Part shown: one piece after another, positions 1 to 6,430 of the stretch | How positions within the stretch are numbered: position 1 is the first letter of the stretch | Layout of the letters: each line of letters starts with the position of its first letter | Assembly: GCF_003391055.1 (NCBI RefSeq) | Contig: NZ_QUAJ01000019.1 | Location: forward strand, 10,812 to 34,811 | Reading direction: 5' to 3' | Length of the DNA: 24,000 bases | From: Psychrilyobacter piezotolerans | Lineage (GTDB): Bacteria; Fusobacteriota; Fusobacteriia; Fusobacteriales; Fusobacteriaceae | Notes under the pieces: generated by a model | Told to the model about the DNA's origin: nothing | The model's database searches: none | What the model saw: only the letters and a program-made list of their open reading frames with translations | Program-made: the position numbers and the translations under genes

Positions 1-1
1 A

Positions 2-142
2 GAACTGTTTGAACGTGAAGAAGATATGTATACTCCTGAATGGTTTGAGGCCGAAGAAATGAAAGAAGAAATACTTGAAAAATATGATATAGATTACCCT
101 GAAGATTCAGACGAGGTAGAATCTGATAATGATTACTATTAA
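2..142 (+). CDS. Partial CDS (3' end only), acidic C-terminal tail of an unidentified protein
   Basis: Frame 2 is open from the window edge to TAA at 140-142 (ELFEREEDMYTPEWFEAEEMKEEILEKYDIDYPEDSDEVESDNDYY*). A terminator hairpin follows about 60 nt downstream. No family recognised. Confidence 0.4.
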   Translation, partial: ELFEREEDMYTPEWFEAEEMKEEILEKYDIDYPEDSDEVESDNDYY

Positions 143-200
143 AAAAAATACAAATAAAGAGATTAATATTTTAGAGAATTCTCTAGGAGGATAGCTAAAT

Positions 201-252
201 AAAAAGAGGGTGGCTCAAGTAGAAAATTTACTTATGAGTCGCCCTCTTTTTA
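201..252. terminator. Rho-independent terminator hairpin, A-tract/T-tract flanked (possibly bidirectional)
   Basis: AGAGGGTGGCTCA (205-217) pairs with TGAGTCGCCCTCT (235-247), 13 bp including two G:U pairs. It is preceded by AAAA and followed by TTTTTATTT. Confidence 0.6.
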
Positions 253-361
253 TTTAGGTACCTGGATATCTTATTTTATTTTTACTGCAACTTTATTTCC
301 TAAAATTCCTCCACCTGCTGAAGGAGCAAAGAAAACACACACCGATAACGATTAAAATATC

Positions 362-390
362 TTGACTTATATTGTAAAAAAAAGTAATAT
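362..390 (+). promoter_or_regulatory. Sigma-70-type promoter P1 of arsR
   Basis: TTGACT (362-367), 17-nt spacer, TAATAT (385-390). It lies about 30 nt upstream of the arsR start codon. Confidence 0.55.
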
Positions 391-406
391 GATTATATAA
401 TCATAT
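387..406. promoter_or_regulatory. Candidate ArsR operator O1 (perfect 20-bp palindrome)
   Basis: ATATGATTATATAATCATAT equals its own reverse complement. It overlaps the -10 hexamer of P1, and the same half-sites recur at 762-785. Confidence 0.55.
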
Positions 407-422
407 AGCTGAGGAGGAAAAC

Positions 423-743
423 ATGGAGATAATAGAGATATTAAAGTTGATTTCAGATAAAAATAGAATGAGAATATTAAATATATTACACAACAAAAAT
501 AAAACCTGTGTCTGTATATTGGAAGAAATATTGGAACTCAACCAATCGAATCTTTCCAGACACCTCAATAAACTAAAAAAAGCGGGAATAATTGTAGGAG
601 AAAAAAGAGTTCAGTGGGTTTATTATGAGATTTCTGAAAAGTTTCTGAAAGAAAATTACTTTGTAAAAGAAATATTGGAGAGTAGATTAAATGGAGGGAT
701 ATTTTTAGAAGATTTAAACAGGATTAAATACTCAGAATGTTAG
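423..743 (+). CDS. arsR: ArsR/SmtB-family arsenic-responsive transcriptional repressor
   Basis: 106 aa with RBS GAGGAGG upstream. Winged-HTH core LNQSNLSRHLNKLKKAGII and a CVC metalloid-binding motif (KTCVCILEEIL, compare the ELCVCDL consensus). First gene of an ars cluster. Confidence 0.9.
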   Translation: MEIIEILKLISDKNRMRILNILHNKNKTCVCILEEILELNQSNLSRHLNKLKKAGIIVGEKRVQWVYYEISEKFLKENYFVKEILESRLNGGIFLEDLNRIKYSEC

Positions 744-755
744 TATATTTTTTTT
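728..755 (+). terminator. Weak hairpin plus T8 tract at the end of arsR (possible partial terminator)
   Basis: ATACT (728-732) pairs with AGTAT (742-746) around a 9-nt loop, followed by T8 (748-755). The stem is only 5 bp and AT-rich, so this is weak. Confidence 0.25.
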
Positions 756-761
756 AATCAG

Positions 762-785
762 GTATATGATTTGATAATCATATAC
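762..785. promoter_or_regulatory. Candidate ArsR operator O2 (10-bp arms, 4-bp spacer)
   Basis: GTATATGATT-TGAT-AATCATATAC. It shares ATATGATT-N4-AATCATAT with O1 and overlaps the -35 hexamer of promoter P2. Confidence 0.45.
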
Positions 786-800
786 GGTTATCAATATAAT
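771..800 (+). promoter_or_regulatory. Sigma-70-type promoter P2 in front of acr3-arsC
   Basis: TTGATA (771-776), 18-nt spacer, TATAAT (795-800). It lies 27 nt upstream of the acr3 ATG. Confidence 0.5.
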
Positions 801-826
801 TTTAAGTTTTACAGGGAGGAAAAAGG

Positions 827-1882
827 ATGAAAAAAGAAACAGGAATTAATTTTTTTGAAAAATACCTTACAGTTTGGGTGATCTTGTGTATGATCGGAGG
901 GACATTGATTGGAAAATATATCCCTCAAATTCCAACAGCCTTAGGTAAGTTAGAGTATGCAAATATTTCCATGCCGATAGCAGTATTGATATGGCTGATC
1001 ATCTATCCAATGATGCTTAAGATTGATTTTAAAAGTATCGTAGGTGCAACGAAAAATGTAAAAGGATTAACCATAACTACCAGTATGAACTGGTTGATTA
1101 AACCCTTTACAATGTATGCTATAGCAGTACTATTTTTAAAGGGAGTTTTTGGCGGACTTATCCCTACAGAGCTTGCAGATGAATATATCACCGGGGCAGT
1201 TTTATTAGGGGCAGCACCTTGTACAGCAATGGTCTTTGTATGGAGTAAACTTACTAAGGGTGATACTGCATATACCCTGGTGCAGGTAGCAGTAAACGAC
1301 CTTATACTATTGGTGGCGTTTGTTCCCATTGTAGGGTTTTTATTAGGAGTTTCCAATGTTACCGTACCATATGCAACTTTATTTTTATCAGTGGTTTTAT
1401 TTGTGGTAACCCCTCTAGTTGCAGCATGGGTTACAAGAAAATCTGTAGTAGCTCACAAAGGGCTGGATTACTTGGAAAACACATTTATTAAAAAGTTTGA
1501 TAAAAGTACTATGACAGGATTATTGTTAACTCTTATCATTATATTTTCTTTCCAGGGAGATAAGCTGTTGACCAATCCAATGGATATAGCTCTTATTGCG
1601 GTGCCTCTTACTATCCAGACGTTCCTGATATTTATTATAGCCTACCTATGGGCTAAAAAATGGGGAATGCCCCATGAGATTGCTTCTCCAGGAGCTATGA
1701 TTGGAGCCAGTAATTTCTTTGAGCTGGCAGTGGCAGTGGCAATAGCATTATTCGGTATTAACTCTGGAGTCACTTTAGCAACTGTAGTAGGGCTTCTGGT
1801 AGAAGTACCTGTAATGTTAATACTGGTAAAAATTTCAAATTCAACAAGAAAATATTTTAAAGCAAAAGAAGCAACTGTATAA
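827..1882 (+). CDS. acr3: ACR3-family arsenite efflux permease
   Basis: 351 aa, polytopic membrane protein. ACR3 hallmarks LLGAAPCTAMVFVW (conserved Cys) and SNFFELAVAVA (conserved Glu). RBS AGGGAGG. Flanked by arsR and arsC. Confidence 0.92.
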   Translation: MKKETGINFFEKYLTVWVILCMIGGTLIGKYIPQIPTALGKLEYANISMPIAVLIWLIIYPMMLKIDFKSIVGATKNVKGLTITTSMNWLIKPFTMYAIAVLFLKGVFGGLIPTELADEYITGAVLLGAAPCTAMVFVWSKLTKGDTAYTLVQVAVNDLILLVAFVPIVGFLLGVSNVTVPYATLFLSVVLFVVTPLVAAWVTRKSVVAHKGLDYLENTFIKKFDKSTMTGLLLTLIIIFSFQGDKLLTNPMDIALIAVPLTIQTFLIFIIAYLWAKKWGMPHEIASPGAMIGASNFFELAVAVAIALFGINSGVTLATVVGLLVEVPVMLILVKISNSTRKYFKAKEATV

Positions 1883-1945
1883 GAGAGTATCTTAGAATCA
1901 ATGAATCAATGAAAAAATATTAAAATAAAAAAGGAGAGTAAACAA

Positions 1946-2317
1946 ATGAAAATAGCATTCGTATGTAGCGGAAATTCTTTTAAATCTCTTATTGGAGAAA
2001 GGTTTGGAAATGAATTTAATGATGGAACTTTTGAAATTTATTCAGCAGGAACTAATCCGGCTGAAAAGGTAAATGAAGCTGGGGAAAAGATAATGAAATC
2101 CAAAGGATACTCCATGGAGGGATATCATCCAAGCAGTATGGATAAGTTGCCTGAAAAAGTAGATGTTTTGGTAAAGATGGGGTGCGATATTGACTGTCCA
2201 ATCCATCTGGCAGATAAAGTGGTTAATTTTGGACTGGAAAATGTAAAGGACAAGAAAAAATGTGTAGAGATGATAGAGTTAAAGGTAAAAAAATTATTAG
2301 AAGATCTGAGTCAATAA
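1946..2317 (+). CDS. arsC: LMW-PTP-fold arsenate reductase-like protein (non-canonical P-loop)
   Basis: 123 aa with RBS AAAGGAG. IAFVCSGNSFKS P-loop region, YSAG, and a second Cys pair GCDIDCP. It follows acr3 directly. The P-loop Arg is replaced by Lys (see findings). Confidence 0.7.
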   Translation: MKIAFVCSGNSFKSLIGERFGNEFNDGTFEIYSAGTNPAEKVNEAGEKIMKSKGYSMEGYHPSSMDKLPEKVDVLVKMGCDIDCPIHLADKVVNFGLENVKDKKKCVEMIELKVKKLLEDLSQ

Positions 2318-2346
2318 TTATTAGGTCATAAGATCAACACTTTAGA

Positions 2347-2410
2347 GGATTCTTTAGAAGAATCCAACAACAAAAGAGCTTCTAATCGAAGCTCTTTTTG
2401 TTGTTGTTAG
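2347..2410 (+). terminator. Tandem hairpins terminating the ars cluster
   Basis: Hairpin 1: GGATTCTT-TAG-AAGAATCC (2347-2365). Hairpin 2: CAACAACAAAAGAGCTTC (2365-2382) pairs with GAAGCTCTTTTTGTTGTTG (2388-2406) with one bulged T; its 3' arm is T-rich. Confidence 0.65.
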
Positions 2411-2584
2411 ATTTTCCAGTTCCTGCTTTCTCAAATTTTCCCCGTTAACTATATCGACCAGAACCTTTCCAAGCTGCATAATCTTGTCTGAAGTCCGCTC
2501 AAACTTCTTACTTAAAAACAAACAATAACAGGCTTACAATCGATTCCCTTAACTTAATTGAATATAATGAACTATTGAAAAAAC

Positions 2585-2613
2585 TTCAATTTTGAAAAAT
2601 TAAGTAGTATACT
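2585..2613 (+). promoter_or_regulatory. Possible promoter of the diguanylate cyclase gene
   Basis: TTCAAT (2585-2590), 17-nt spacer, TATACT (2608-2613). The -35 is half of the inverted repeat ATTGAA-N5-TTCAAT (2574-2590). An alternative TATAAT lies at 2563-2568. The background is AT-rich, so confidence is low. Confidence 0.3.
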
Positions 2614-2659
2614 AGTGATAACATCTGCAACATTAAAGATAAAATAAGGGAGGATTTAG

Positions 2660-4252
2660 TTGAAAAAAAATCTAGAAAATTCTATGAAAAAATGGTTCTT
2701 TTCTCTTATATGCATAATGGCCGTTACCTATATAAGTTCTTATATTTTGGTTGTTATTCCGGCTCTTAAAAGAGCTACCAGAGAGAAACATAAACAGGAT
2801 ATAAATAAATTATTTTCAGTTACTTCACAGCAATTTGACCACCTTTCTTCTATCCTAAAGGACAATGCCGAGTGGGATACACTCTACCAAAGCATGGATG
2901 GATCTATGGGCAGGGAAGAAAAACAAAAATTTTGGGAGGGACTTTTTACAGAAGACTCCCTGAAACTCTTTGGACTGGATTACATTGCTATCTATGACAA
3001 TAAGCAAAACGAGGTTGTTAATTATTCTTTTCCCGAAACAAATATAAAAAATGTCATCTCATTAAAAGGTAAAAAATATTTTTTCAGCAGCCAGCCAAAT
3101 GGTGAAAACCGGGTCAAAACAGTATCGGGGTATATGGATATAGCCGGGAAAGCCTATATATTTTTTTCCCATGTTATTTTGGACAGCAATGGAAATGGAA
3201 AAGCAGCCGGACACCTTCTGTTTATTCAAGAAATAGATGATGACTATATATTTGATTTAAAGATAAAAAATAATTTATCATTGCAACTTTATATTCCCAA
3301 TGAAAATGATAAAAAACTTATACAAAATATTCTTGATTCAAAAAAAGAGCTGGATTTTTATTCCGATAAAATAGAAGGCGGGAAGAGAGTTTATTACCTT
3401 CCCTATATGAAAAGTGTTCATAAAATAGCTTACATCATAAAGGTGACGGTAGATGACCGGATTTCCAAGGGTGCTTTATTGAATTTTTGGATAGGAATGA
3501 TCCCTATTATCCTTTCATTCCTATTTATTTTCTTTGTAAAAAATAGAGTGAATAAAAAATTGATTACTCCCCTTGTATCCCTTTATAGTCATATTACTTC
3601 TATAAGGGAAAATCAAAAATATAAGCTGCTTGAATATCCTGAGGTAGGCAATGAGATGGATGAAGTTATAAGAGCATTTAATAATCTTATGGTTCAAACA
3701 GAAGAACAAAAAAACGATATAGAAGATAAAAAAATTGCTCTGGAAAAATTAGCATATACAGATTATTTAACAGGGCTGTCTACCAGAAGGTTTCTGGATG
3801 AAGGATATGATCTGCTGTTTAAGAGTGCTAAGAGGTCTGGAAGCATATTAACTCTCATCATGATGGATATAGATTATTTTAAGAAATATAATGACAGGTA
3901 CGGGCACCCTGAGGGAGACCGGGTTTTAAAAATAATAGGGAAGCTTCTAAAAAAAGTTTTTAAAAGGGAAGGAGACATCGCCGGCAGGTACGGTGGGGAG
4001 GAGTTTTTAATAATTTTATACCAGACCCCTTTGGAAGAAACTATATGTCTGATAAATGAATTCCAGAAAAAATTAGAAATGTGCAATCTGGAACATAAGG
4101 ATTCTAATTTTGGGCAGGTAACGGTCAGTATGGGGATAAAGAGCTCTACAATTCCCAAAGATCAAAATTCTTATTTATTTTTGAAGGAAGCCGATAAGGC
4201 TCTCTACAAAGCCAAGGAAAGCGGCAGGAATAGATATATACTTCAATCTTAA
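2660..4252 (+). CDS. Membrane-bound diguanylate cyclase (extracytoplasmic sensor domain plus GGDEF)
   Basis: 530 aa. TTG start 6 nt after GGGAGG; an in-frame ATG at 2684 is the alternative start. TM1 FFSLICIMAVTYISSYILVVIPAL, an extracytoplasmic region of about 240 aa with a CHASE4-like NAEWDTLY motif, TM2 FWIGMIPIILSFLFIFFV, and a coiled linker. GGDEF domain motifs: YTDYLTGLSTRR, DIDYFKKYND, RYGGEEF. An RxxD I-site (REGD) lies five residues before GGEEF. Confidence 0.9.
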   Translation: MKKNLENSMKKWFFSLICIMAVTYISSYILVVIPALKRATREKHKQDINKLFSVTSQQFDHLSSILKDNAEWDTLYQSMDGSMGREEKQKFWEGLFTEDSLKLFGLDYIAIYDNKQNEVVNYSFPETNIKNVISLKGKKYFFSSQPNGENRVKTVSGYMDIAGKAYIFFSHVILDSNGNGKAAGHLLFIQEIDDDYIFDLKIKNNLSLQLYIPNENDKKLIQNILDSKKELDFYSDKIEGGKRVYYLPYMKSVHKIAYIIKVTVDDRISKGALLNFWIGMIPIILSFLFIFFVKNRVNKKLITPLVSLYSHITSIRENQKYKLLEYPEVGNEMDEVIRAFNNLMVQTEEQKNDIEDKKIALEKLAYTDYLTGLSTRRFLDEGYDLLFKSAKRSGSILTLIMMDIDYFKKYNDRYGHPEGDRVLKIIGKLLKKVFKREGDIAGRYGGEEFLIILYQTPLEETICLINEFQKKLEMCNLEHKDSNFGQVTVSMGIKSSTIPKDQNSYLFLKEADKALYKAKESGRNRYILQS

Positions 4253-4262
4253 TAAAATAAAA

Positions 4263-4306
4263 ACCTCCTGACTGCTATTACAGCTGGGAGGTCTTTTATT
4301 TTTTTT
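4263..4306. terminator. Rho-independent terminator between convergent genes (copy A of a repeated module)
   Basis: ACCTCC (4263-4268) pairs with GGAGGT (4287-4292), with further inner CTG/CAG pairing. Followed by CTTTTATTTTTTTT, with an A-tract upstream. The 3' half is identical to 14390-14418. Confidence 0.7.
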
Positions 4307-4842
4307 ATATCTTTTTGTTATTGTACCATTTTTAATATCTAAGGTGAATTTTTCACTTGGAAGATCTGTAGAAAATTTTAACATGGTAGAAGAAATTCCA
4401 TTAAACCTTTTTTTGAAAATGTTTGAAATACTATTTCCCCCACAAACTTTATTATCTTCATAAATGAGTTTGATGTCAGTATCTGAAAAAGCTTTAGATA
4501 GAAGTTTATATTGTCCAATTCTCTTGAGAGGGATATCTTTTAAGCAAGGGAATCTGCATTTCTTGGTTTATAAAAATCAGTTATAAGATTGAATCCACTC
4601 CAGTTTTCATAATCTTCCAAAGATTCACCTTTATTTAATAGATTTTTAGCTTTATCTTCTGCATTCGCCCATTCAGGGGTATTTTTAAAATCAGTGCTAT
4701 TCCATTGGTCAAAACTTATTTCTGTTTCTAATTGTGAGAGGATGAGCATCTCTTTTCCATTGAGTTTAAAAATCATTTCTTTGATATCTTCTGGCCATTC
4801 CTTTGGTATGAAACAAAGCCTAACTAATTTTTTAATGTCCAC
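4297..4842 (-). pseudogene. Probable frameshifted gene of about 180 codons, unknown function
   Basis: The frame of the 100-aa ORF stops at 4540. Another frame then reads a protein-like sequence from about 4570 onward: PCLKDIPLKRIGQYKLLSKAFSDTDIKLIYEDNKVCGGNSISNIFKKRFNGISSTMLKFSTDLPSEKFTLDIKNGTITKRYKK. It has no stop codon before the terminator, unless the T8 run at 4299-4306 were T9. Confidence 0.4.
4540..4842 (-). CDS. Hypothetical protein (N-terminal piece of an apparently disrupted ORF)
   Basis: 100 codons. GTG start 8 nt after the upstream stop codon, with no Shine-Dalgarno sequence. IPKEWPEDIKEMIFKLNG is faintly reminiscent of SMI1/KNR4 (SUKH)-type proteins, but I cannot assign a family. 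Confidence 0.4.
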   Translation of the reverse strand: MDIKKLVRLCFIPKEWPEDIKEMIFKLNGKEMLILSQLETEISFDQWNSTDFKNTPEWANAEDKAKNLLNKGESLEDYENWSGFNLITDFYKPRNADSLA

Positions 4843-4850
4843 TCATTATT

Positions 4851-5483
4851 TTAATTTTTCAAAACAAGATTTAACCCTTTTCTTGCTGTAGGCATCATAA
4901 AATGAATGATATTCCCCATAAAAAAGGTATTAATGATAGTTCCAATTCCAAAGTTTGAAAAATCTTTTAAATATAATCCTAAGATAAATGAAATAAGTAA
5001 GGCAGAGGTGTCGGCAGCTGTTTTGACAAACTTATACTCTAAGTTAAAAGTATTAGTTATTGAAAATACAAAAGTTTCAGTATGATTTTTAGGGAAATTT
5101 GTTACAAAGATCATGGCACACCCTAATCCAATTGCTATAATTCCTAATATTAAAATCAAGAAACTTATCATGAAATTATCAAAGTTGCTCCCTTTAAAGA
5201 CACTATAATACCAAAAATTAATAACTTTACCTGTAACTGCTGAAACTATTAAAGCTGCTAAATTTGGTATTTCCCTTTTTATTAAAGCTGCCAAAAGTAC
5301 TAGAGTTATTCCAATTAAAAGAATGATGGTTCCAATTTTTATATCGATTAGTTTACTTATATTTTCAGTAAGGGCATCCCATCCGCCAGCTCCTAAGTTA
5401 CTTAGAAGGGTCAAACTAACTCCTAAAGATAAAAATATAATTCCTATAAAATAATAACTGATTTTTCGAATATCTTGATTCAT
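4851..5483 (-). CDS. YczE/YitT-like integral membrane protein
   Basis: 210 aa with about 6 hydrophobic segments. The N-terminal motif SLGVSLTLLSNLGAGGWDAL is typical of the YczE/YyaS/YitT membrane family. RBS AAAGGAG. It starts 27 nt downstream of the preceding gene. Confidence 0.7.
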   Translation of the reverse strand: MNQDIRKISYYFIGIIFLSLGVSLTLLSNLGAGGWDALTENISKLIDIKIGTIILLIGITLVLLAALIKREIPNLAALIVSAVTGKVINFWYYSVFKGSNFDNFMISFLILILGIIAIGLGCAMIFVTNFPKNHTETFVFSITNTFNLEYKFVKTAADTSALLISFILGLYLKDFSNFGIGTIINTFFMGNIIHFMMPTARKGLNLVLKN

Positions 5484-5510
5484 TGTAGCTCCTTTAGGTA
5501 GTTTTTTTAA

Positions 5511-6368
5511 TTATTGCTTAAGTAATTTGATTTCTGAGATAACCGGTCCATGATCTGACAAATAAATACCATCTTTAATCATTTTATATTGACCATAGCT
5601 ATTAACTTTTATTTTGTCATTGACAAAAATATAGTCAATTTCTTCTACAGGATTTTTTCCAAAACCATTATATGTAAATTTTTTCCCTTTAGCAGCAGTA
5701 GCTGTAATAACCTTAGCATCACTATAATTTTCTTTAAATGCATTATATGATCTTTCGTTAGTTCTTTCAAAATTAAGGTCTCCCATAATTATAACTGCTT
5801 CTTTTTCAGAATCAGTAAATTCCTTTGATTTATCTGCAAGAAGTTTAGCACTTTCTTCTTGAGCTAACATTCCAATATGATCAAAGTGTGTATTAAAAAC
5901 AAGAACTCTATTTCCTGTTTTCTTTTCCTCAAGTCTTACCCAAGTTGCAATTCTAGTAAGTTCTGCATCCCAACCGACACTTGCTACTTTTTCAGGAGTT
6001 TCAGAGAGCCAAAATGTTCCACCGGCTATATAAGAAAATCTATCTTTTTTATAATAAATATTACTATGTTCTCCGCTTTTTTGACCGTCATCCCTACCTA
6101 CTCCTACCCATCCATATCCAGGAAGTTGCTCGTCTAAAAACATTACTTGATCATAGAAAGCCTCTTGAATACCAAAAATATCAAATTTTTCTTCTTTTAT
6201 TAACGAAACAATTTTATTTTTTCTAGCAGGCCAATTATGTTTTCCATCGATTTTAAGAGTGCTATCCTTACTATTTCTAATATTAAAACTCATAATATTA
6301 ACAGATTCTCCAAAACTTACACTAAAAATTGACACCAATAAACTTAAAATTAAAACTATTTTTTTCAT
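5511..6368 (-). CDS. Secreted endonuclease/exonuclease/phosphatase (EEP) family hydrolase
   Basis: 285 aa. Signal peptide MKKIVLILSLLVSIFSVSFG. EEP catalytic motif series SFNIRN, GIQEA, NTHFDH, GDLNF, LSDHGPV. RBS AAAGGAGG. Confidence 0.85.
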   Translation of the reverse strand: MKKIVLILSLLVSIFSVSFGESVNIMSFNIRNSKDSTLKIDGKHNWPARKNKIVSLIKEEKFDIFGIQEAFYDQVMFLDEQLPGYGWVGVGRDDGQKSGEHSNIYYKKDRFSYIAGGTFWLSETPEKVASVGWDAELTRIATWVRLEEKKTGNRVLVFNTHFDHIGMLAQEESAKLLADKSKEFTDSEKEAVIIMGDLNFERTNERSYNAFKENYSDAKVITATAAKGKKFTYNGFGKNPVEEIDYIFVNDKIKVNSYGQYKMIKDGIYLSDHGPVISEIKLLKQ

Positions 6369-6430
6369 TTTTATTCCTCCTTTGATTAAATTTAAATATA
6401 ATATTTTTTAGAATATATACCCTAAAAATA

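Noticed and set aside
271-342. 23-codon minus-strand ORF (VCVFFAPSAGGGILGNKVAVKIK*) between the arsR promoter and the 201-252 terminator, with a possible TACAAT -10 at 371-376
   Set aside because: GTG start, no Shine-Dalgarno sequence and no convincing -35. It could be a small hydrophobic peptide or sRNA, but the sequence alone does not support a call.
1003-1356. 117-aa ORF antisense to acr3
   Set aside because: It lies entirely inside a confidently identified ACR3 gene on the other strand. It has no RBS, and its composition is what antisense translation of a membrane-protein gene produces.
4175-4384. 69-aa ORF, and the 75-aa ORF at 14200-14427, sharing the peptide KNKRPPSCNS
   Set aside because: The shared peptide is just translation across the repeated terminator module. 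Both ORFs run into convergent genes, so the similarity reflects a DNA repeat and not a protein family.
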